64,000 nt of DNA. It comes from a virus. Lineage: Duplodnaviria; Caudoviricetes. The notes under the pieces were generated by a model that did not search any database, was not told the DNA's origin, and saw nothing but the letters and a program-made list of their open reading frames with translations. Position numbers and translations under genes: made by a program. Positions within the stretch are counted from its first letter, which is position 1, and each line of letters begins with the position of its first letter. Where the stretch lies: positions 1-64,000 of IMG/VR virus record IMGVR_UViG_3300027852_000032. One strand, written 5' to 3'. This document shows positions 57,946-64,000 of the stretch, piece after piece.

Positions 57946-58634
57946 CACAAAGGCTGTTAATTTCAGATACCGAGACTACTGGGTTTAACCCCACAAAGGA
58001 CGGTATAGTTGAAATCGCATTTGTTGAGGTGAGCGAAAGTTTAATTGAGCTCTCCAGATTTGAGAAGATAGTGAACCCTAACATCCCCATATCAGCCTCA
58101 GCCTCGGCTACACATGGGTTAACGGACAAGGATGTCTTAGGATGCCCCACTGTGGAAGAAGCTCTTAAGCGGTTTGAGCCAGATTACTTTGAGGACGTTT
58201 TTCTCATTGCGCATAATGCTCAGTTTGACTTGAGATTCCTAAAAAAGTATTGGCAAATCACTGGCATATTTTGCACATTAAAGGCGGCAAGATTCATCTA
58301 CCCTGAAGCTCCTGACCATAAGCTCGGCACTCTCAGATACTGGTTAAAGTTGGACAATGATCTTGGAGTCCGTAAAGATATTCTTGCCCATTCGGCACTT
58401 TCGGATGTCGAGGTAACGCTCACACTGCTCAAACGTATGGTCAAGAATTCTGGGCTGACCCTGCCTCAACTTCACGAAGAGATTTACAAACCTAAAAAGA
58501 TAACCCACATGACATTTGGCAAGCTCAAAGGGACAAAGTTGGAAGACCTTCCCAAGAAATATGTCACGTGGCTTTTAACGCTTAAAGATTTAGATGTGGA
58601 TTTAAGAAACTCTTTAGTTAAAATAAAAGGATAA
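57942..58634 (+). CDS. DEDDh 3'-5' exonuclease (DnaQ/ExoX-like)
   Basis: SDTETTG, AHNAQFD, AHSALSD, C-terminal MTFGK.KG; GTG start after GGAGG. Confidence 0.92.
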   Translation: MTQRLLISDTETTGFNPTKDGIVEIAFVEVSESLIELSRFEKIVNPNIPISASASATHGLTDKDVLGCPTVEEALKRFEPDYFEDVFLIAHNAQFDLRFLKKYWQITGIFCTLKAARFIYPEAPDHKLGTLRYWLKLDNDLGVRKDILAHSALSDVEVTLTLLKRMVKNSGLTLPQLHEEIYKPKKITHMTFGKLKGTKLEDLPKKYVTWLLTLKDLDVDLRNSLVKIKG

Positions 58635-61600
58635 TGATAATGAAAGGTACAATCCCATACGATTCATTAGAAAAACTTCCGGACACCGACAGGCTTATAA
58701 TTGATGCGAGTTCAATCATAAGGGCATGCTGCTATGCTGGCCAGGATTTAGAATTTGGAAAGACGGTTAAACTTGAAAATGGGAAGTCTGAATTTGTGAA
58801 CTCGGGCAGATACGGCGCAGATTTATTTCTATATTCCTACGCAGGAGTGATTGAGCTTTACGGTTTCAAACCTTACCAAACAGTGCTGGTATTAGATGGC
58901 TTCGATGGCAATCGCCTGCGAAAAAACATGTACGCAGGTTACAAGGCAAAACGTGCTAAGTTATCACAGGAACGATATGATTCTTTCAACGAGGCGATCA
59001 AATTATCGTCAGAAGCTCTACTAAGCCTTGGAGGTCTGGTCGTACAGCAGGATATGACCGAAGCGGACGATATTATCGCTTACCTCTGCAAAAACCTGAA
59101 GGGTAAGAAGCTTGTGTGGTCGCGGGACGGTGATATGCTCGCTCTTCAGAAAGAAGGTGAAGTTGATGTTCTTCTGAATGAAACATTAAATCCAGAGCTG
59201 TCTCCGGCTTGCGATAACAGTCAGATCCCTATTTACAAAGCTTTAGTCGGAGATGCTTCCGATTGCCTTCCAGGAGCAAAGGGTTTTGGAAAGAAAGCTT
59301 TTGAGGGTATGGTTTTGAAATACGGAGACGAAGGGTTAGCCGAAATGAAAGAGATGTTAGAAACAGAAACCTTATACCTCCTTAACCCGGATAGTTTCAA
59401 ACCGTTCAGAAAGATCCTCGCCAACAGGGAGGAGGTATACAGCAGTTACCAGTGTGCCAAGTTTTATCCACAACATGTTAACACAGCCTATTCCCCCATG
59501 AGGATCGAAGCAGGCTTGGTTCAAAAAGTAACACCTGATACTCACCCTCGATTAATTGAATATGCAGGGGAGGTAGCACTAAGCTCAGCTGAACAGGATC
59601 TAAAAACTCTAAAAGACCACATTAAAAGATCACCTTTTATTGCTCTTGACTTAGAAACAACAACCCCTGCCGAAAGTAAAGAATGGGTAAATGCTATCAG
59701 GGAAACGAAAAAGGGTAGCGGAAAAAAGCCTAATATTGTTGATGTTTTTGGTTCTACGATTACAGGAGTAGGGATTACCTGTGGGGATAACTTGCAGATT
59801 ACGTATTATACACCTATTGACCACAAAGATTGCCATAATTTTTCTTTAGACGATCTTGCAGATGTTATTGATACGATACCGGAAGGGATTCCGGTAGCAG
59901 TTCATAATTCCAGCTTTGAGCTTCCGGTCATCTACAATAACATGGGAGGGTGGCTTTCAAACGTAGTCGATACGCGGATAATGAAATCCTACGTTGACGA
60001 GAACACGAGACTGGGCTTGAAATCTTGCGCTAAACAATACTTTGATTACGACCAAACCAGCTACGAAGATGTTACCCAAGGTCGTACCATGGACGAGCTA
60101 ACTGGTGATGAGGTCTTGAGCTACGGCGCTGACGATACGATTGTTACCGCAGCATTGTACAACAGACTCAAGTTTACTCTGGAATTGGAGAATACGCTCC
60201 CTGTTTTTGAGGCTTGTGAACTATTAACACAATACTGGGTGGCGGAGGCTTTTATTAACGGTTTTCCACCTGATCTTGTCTGTCTTAAGGAGCTGGAAAC
60301 GAAAGATCAGCAGGAACTTTTACGCTTGGAAGAAGAGCTTTTTAATTACCTACATTCAATCGATTGGCCGGGAAGTAAGTTCGTTCCTCTCTTTGATGCG
60401 GGCTTAGGAAAAGAAGCTTTCCTAAGATTAACTGGAAAGAAGTTGGATTGTAGAGCCCGTTTAGTTGAAAAGGTTGCCGAGGCTATGCGGGAGCAGGGGC
60501 AACCGGAACTTGCTGACCTGTGCGAAGCCCAGGATTTGGATTCAATTAACAAAACTCTGGCTGCTTGTTTCGAACCGAAGCCGGAGTTCGACGTTGAAAA
60601 AAATAAACATATCAAGGAGTTGGTTTACGATACATGGGATTTACCTGTTCGCTTTCGGACTATACCAACAAAGATTATGAGAAGAAAGGGGATTACTCAA
60701 GGAAATCCGCAGGTTGATAACCCTGCAATAGCTCATATGCTTGCACTCGATCTTGATTCTGCAACGATTGAACATAGGATCTTGAACGTTATAAAAGAGA
60801 TTAAAGCTATTAACACGAGACAAGGCCTTTATTACACACCATACCCTGTGCTGGCCCATTGGAAAGACGGTAGAATCCATGCAAGTCTGGGGCAAAGTCT
60901 GGCTGTAACCCGTAGATTTACGCCTTCGCAGCCGAACCTGAATCAGTTACCTAAAAAGGGAGAGGGCCTTGCTGTTAGAGGTGTTGTTCGGGCTCCTAAA
61001 GGATGGTTTGTTTGCTCTATGGATTGGTCCGGCCAGGAATTACGGTTGGCTGCAGATGCCTCACAGGACGAGAACATGCTATCCTGCTACATAGGTGAAC
61101 ATCTCAAGGATCTGCATAGTTTGGTAGGGGCTTCAATCGCCGAGAAGAAGGGATCGGAGTTCGGTGACTATGATAAATTTGTTGCTAACCTTAAGAATCC
61201 GGAAGTTCACGAGTTCCGCGATACAGCAAAGCAGGTAAATTTCTCAAGCCAATATTTATGCCGAGCGCCAAAGCTTGCAAAGTTGCTGGTAACTGATACA
61301 GAATCTGCTCAGACTTATCTGGAAGCAAAGGATGCTACTTATCCGGGGCTCGCAATATGGCAGCAACGAGTTATCGATCAGGCGAGAGAATTAAGTTACG
61401 CAGTCACAAGGTTGGGCGCAAGGAGACACCTTCAGGACAGCATAAAATCGTCGGACAAGTACAAAGCTGCTGAAGCTGAACGTCGAGCTGTTAATTCTGA
61501 AATACAGGGAAGTGCTTCTGAAATGACTAAATTGGCAATATGTGAGATGATCCGCACAGGTCATTTTCATGGAGGAGGCGCGCGAATAATCTTTCCTCTT

Positions 61601-61840
61601 CATGACGAGCTTGTGTTTTTTATCTCAGGCTCGACACTACACGAGTCACTGCCGGTATTTCATAAATGCATGAGAACTCCGTATGCGGATATGACTGTTC
61701 CACTCGAATCCGATATTATGTTGGGTCAGGATTTCGGCTCATTAACCGATGTTGGAGCAGAAGCTACGAAAAAGAACATAGATAAATCTTTGGAACAATT
61801 AAAACAATTAAAACAGCTAAAAGATAAGGAAAAGAAATAA
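58634..61840 (+). CDS. polA: Family A DNA polymerase with 5'-3' and 3'-5' exonuclease domains
   Basis: EADDII, GDASD..PG.KG.G; DLET, HNSSFE, YGADD; DWSGQELR, R..AK.VNF...Y, HDEL. Confidence 0.95.
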   Translation: MIMKGTIPYDSLEKLPDTDRLIIDASSIIRACCYAGQDLEFGKTVKLENGKSEFVNSGRYGADLFLYSYAGVIELYGFKPYQTVLVLDGFDGNRLRKNMYAGYKAKRAKLSQERYDSFNEAIKLSSEALLSLGGLVVQQDMTEADDIIAYLCKNLKGKKLVWSRDGDMLALQKEGEVDVLLNETLNPELSPACDNSQIPIYKALVGDASDCLPGAKGFGKKAFEGMVLKYGDEGLAEMKEMLETETLYLLNPDSFKPFRKILANREEVYSSYQCAKFYPQHVNTAYSPMRIEAGLVQKVTPDTHPRLIEYAGEVALSSAEQDLKTLKDHIKRSPFIALDLETTTPAESKEWVNAIRETKKGSGKKPNIVDVFGSTITGVGITCGDNLQITYYTPIDHKDCHNFSLDDLADVIDTIPEGIPVAVHNSSFELPVIYNNMGGWLSNVVDTRIMKSYVDENTRLGLKSCAKQYFDYDQTSYEDVTQGRTMDELTGDEVLSYGADDTIVTAALYNRLKFTLELENTLPVFEACELLTQYWVAEAFINGFPPDLVCLKELETKDQQELLRLEEELFNYLHSIDWPGSKFVPLFDAGLGKEAFLRLTGKKLDCRARLVEKVAEAMREQGQPELADLCEAQDLDSINKTLAACFEPKPEFDVEKNKHIKELVYDTWDLPVRFRTIPTKIMRRKGITQGNPQVDNPAIAHMLALDLDSATIEHRILNVIKEIKAINTRQGLYYTPYPVLAHWKDGRIHASLGQSLAVTRRFTPSQPNLNQLPKKGEGLAVRGVVRAPKGWFVCSMDWSGQELRLAADASQDENMLSCYIGEHLKDLHSLVGASIAEKKGSEFGDYDKFVANLKNPEVHEFRDTAKQVNFSSQYLCRAPKLAKLLVTDTESAQTYLEAKDATYPGLAIWQQRVIDQARELSYAVTRLGARRHLQDSIKSSDKYKAAEAERRAVNSEIQGSASEMTKLAICEMIRTGHFHGGGARIIFPLHDELVFFISGSTLHESLPVFHKCMRTPYADMTVPLESDIMLGQDFGSLTDVGAEATKKNIDKSLEQLKQLKQLKDKEKK

Positions 61841-62009
61841 TGCAATTAAAAAGCAAAACCATTCTATCCAGAAAGCCGCGGTTGAAAATAAAGTCCAATC
61901 ATTTAAGAAGTGGAGTATCAAAAGCTTCCAGGCATTGGGTGAGCTCTATACAGGGCACAGCGGTGAGAGATGGAAAAGGCTGGTATATTCAACAAAAGGA
62001 TAAGAAATA

Positions 62010-62279
62010 ATGCAGATTGATACCCAACAAATGATAGCTGAAGAGTTTAACAGGATAAGAGATTTAGTTCTGCTTAAGAACAAAGATTATGGGGATTCCG
62101 TTGTCAATCCAGTTCGGATTTTCAGCACAGCTGACAGCATAGAACAAATCTATGTCCGGATTGATGACAAACTATCCAGGTTAAGCAACCGGGGCCCAAA
62201 ATTAATTGCAGAGGATACTGTTTCAGATTTAATAGGGTATCTAATTCTGTTACTGGTTGCTGAAAAAAAAAAATACTAA
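62010..62279 (+). CDS. MazG-like nucleotide-modification-associated domain protein (DUF1599-like)
   Basis: KNKDYGDS, VRIDDKLSRL, EDTVSDLIGY. Confidence 0.8.
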   Translation: MQIDTQQMIAEEFNRIRDLVLLKNKDYGDSVVNPVRIFSTADSIEQIYVRIDDKLSRLSNRGPKLIAEDTVSDLIGYLILLLVAEKKKY

Positions 62280-62306
62280 ACCTTAAAAATTAGGAAAATA
62301 ATAACA

Positions 62307-62459
62307 ATGGCACAGCAAAAGAAAGGGTTCCAGTCGTATCTATTAAGAAATGTTCCCCTGGGGATTTACAAAGATGCCAGGAAAAAAGCAAAAGAACTGG
62401 GGTATTCTTTACGGATGTACATAATTTTACTGTTGAAAAAGGATCTCGGTGAAGATTAA
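62307..62459 (+). CDS. 50-aa ribbon-helix-helix-like protein (not in ORF track)
   Basis: MAQQKKGFQSYLLRNVPLGIYKDARKKAKELGYSLRMYIILLLKKDLGED; AGGA upstream; overlaps the next start. Confidence 0.6.
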   Translation: MAQQKKGFQSYLLRNVPLGIYKDARKKAKELGYSLRMYIILLLKKDLGED

Positions 62460-62940
62460 AAGTAAAAACAAAGAGTTCGAAACCCTTGCCGACCGTAAGA
62501 AACGCAAAGCCACGGGAAGCAGGGGAAAGGTTTCTGAGCAAGCAGTGCAAAAGGTATTGGTAGCCATACAGAAAAAAGATGTTACCTTTGATTTTGACCG
62601 CTTGCTCGATGCCCGCGCTGCCGGACGAATTATCCCTGCCCAGGTTGCAGACTACCTCCTTTTTTCCAAAGGTAAGTCTGCAACCCTGGAGGTGAAAGGG
62701 TTGAAGAAAGGTTTCCGGTTGACTAAGGCAGCCTTTCCGCAAAGGCCTCGTATGCTTCGAAGGGAAAAGGCAGGGTGTTCCGGTTTTGCTTTGGTTCACA
62801 CCTTAGAAAATGACGAGTGGATGCTGGCGGAGATAGCAGAGTTTGCTACCCTTCAGCCCAGTTGGAAATTAACAGTAGAGAATTGCAAGCAATTCCCTAC
62901 AGCAAAAGGAGCAATTGAATGTCTGATAGATATGCTTTAA
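62449..62940 (+). CDS. PD-(D/E)xK nuclease, probable Holliday junction resolvase
   Basis: RGK.SE, ADY, LEVK, Q motif. Confidence 0.7.
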   Translation: MKIKSKNKEFETLADRKKRKATGSRGKVSEQAVQKVLVAIQKKDVTFDFDRLLDARAAGRIIPAQVADYLLFSKGKSATLEVKGLKKGFRLTKAAFPQRPRMLRREKAGCSGFALVHTLENDEWMLAEIAEFATLQPSWKLTVENCKQFPTAKGAIECLIDML

Positions 62941-63950
62941 TCTCAGATTTGCACATGGGGTTGTCGAGAACTGCGGGTGTAACTGACAGCTCGCTTCGTC
63001 AGTTCGAGAGTGATAAACTTACCCTTTTACACATTTTCCTCAAGGAAAACGAGGACAAAGAGATAATCATTGCCGGGGATCTATTCGATGCGAATCTCGT
63101 TTCGTTGTCCACACTCCTCGCAATTCTCCACGCAATGCGGGAACACCCGAAACGGATTTGGATACTTGCGGGTAATCATGATCTGTCAAGAAATACAGTA
63201 ACGATGTCCAGTTTCGATTTTCTCGACCAGATTGCAGGCCTTATGCCGGATTCTGATATAACTCTGGTTACAGAGCCTACGCGGATAAAGGAACAAAGCC
63301 TTGTAATGATCCCGCATCTCGGCAACCAAGAAATCTTCGATAAAGCACTAAGTGACTACAGCAGTAAGGACTGCACATTAATCACGCACTGCAATTACGA
63401 TAATTTCTTTGCGCTCAACAAAGATCATTCCTTAAACTTAACTCCGGAACAAGCCCAAGAGTTCAGGCAGGTTATTTCCGGGCACGAACACACGGCTCGT
63501 AAGGTAGGGAATGTCCATATGCTTGGCAGCTTCGCTCCCTACAATGTAAAGGAAGCCGCAACACCGAGGGTGACGCACATCCTCAATACCACGACTGGTG
63601 AACTTGAAGTGGTACAAAGCTTGGTTCAGAACAGCGTAATAGGAACGTATTCAGAATTACACTATAACGATTTACAAAACCCCGTAGATGCCTTGGCATC
63701 CGCAGGGTTTATAAAGGTCACAGGTAGTGTTACTGCTGCCGAAGCACCTTTAATCCTCACCCAAATTGCGGATTTTCGCAAGAATAGCGTAGCGTATATG
63801 ATCCAGAACGCTACTGTGGTGGAGGCTATCGGACTGGAGAGCCTTGAAGAAACCTCGTTTGAGAGCATTGATACATGGAAAGCGCTTGGGTCGATGTTGG
63901 GAGAAGATCACAAACTGCAATTAAGGGAGCTTGGATATGCAATTAGTTAG
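62919..63950 (+). CDS. Mre11/SbcD-like metallophosphoesterase nuclease
   Basis: SDLH, GDLFD, GNHD, SGHEH. Confidence 0.88.
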   Translation: MSDRYALISDLHMGLSRTAGVTDSSLRQFESDKLTLLHIFLKENEDKEIIIAGDLFDANLVSLSTLLAILHAMREHPKRIWILAGNHDLSRNTVTMSSFDFLDQIAGLMPDSDITLVTEPTRIKEQSLVMIPHLGNQEIFDKALSDYSSKDCTLITHCNYDNFFALNKDHSLNLTPEQAQEFRQVISGHEHTARKVGNVHMLGSFAPYNVKEAATPRVTHILNTTTGELEVVQSLVQNSVIGTYSELHYNDLQNPVDALASAGFIKVTGSVTAAEAPLILTQIADFRKNSVAYMIQNATVVEAIGLESLEETSFESIDTWKALGSMLGEDHKLQLRELGYAIS

Positions 63951-64000
63951 CGTACGTTTAAAGAATTTCATGATACACAGGGACAAGACTATTAACTTTA
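63937..64000 (+). CDS. 5' end of Rad50/SbcC-like ATPase (truncated by window)
   Basis: MQLVSVRLKNFMIHRDKTINF following Mre11. Confidence 0.7.
   Translation, partial: MQLVSVRLKNFMIHRDKTINF

Larger units (their letters stand above)
1..64000. mobile_element. Tailed dsDNA bacteriophage genome segment (siphovirus-like), divergent late and early/replication arms
   Basis: Complete head-neck-tail gene order on the minus strand and replication genes on the plus strand; no host housekeeping operons, integrase or att site seen. Confidence 0.96.

Noticed and set aside
1-64000. tRNA genes, retron/DGR reverse transcriptase, introns or inteins, alternative genetic code
   Set aside because: No cloverleaf or RT motifs noticed; core genes are uninterrupted and of normal length in the standard code (by eye only)

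Overview
The window is an internal 64-kb stretch of a tailed dsDNA phage genome with siphovirus-like architecture: long tape measure protein, tail tube, no sheath. There is no integrase, tRNA or CRISPR array in the window. The left arm (1-27952, minus strand) is the late operon: terminase small and large subunits, portal, S49 protease with nested scaffold, decoration, major capsid, neck, tail tube, frameshifted tail chaperones, tape measure, tail tip, and a lysis/accessory block. The right arm (28584-64000, plus strand) starts with small early genes and a CCA-adding enzyme. It continues with replication and nucleotide genes: NAD ligase, primase-helicase, SNF2 helicase, probable SSB, two HU proteins, radical SAM, DNA methylase, ThyX, DEDDh exonuclease, full-length Pol A, resolvase and Mre11/Rad50. 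The arms diverge around a control region (about 27.95-31.15 kb) with two sigma70-like promoters, two 19-bp-period degenerate arrays bracketing a 1.5-kb segment, a recurring CAGTAAC(N)GTTACTG palindrome and an AT-rich origin-like tract. The most notable unexplained signal is a ~95-nt element present twice next to the duplicated HU genes. Its two copies co-vary to keep a five-helix double-pseudoknot fold (candidate new ncRNA or ribozyme), and the second copy is followed by an amidase paralogue lacking the catalytic Glu. All functional calls come from motifs and synteny read by eye; no database search was run.
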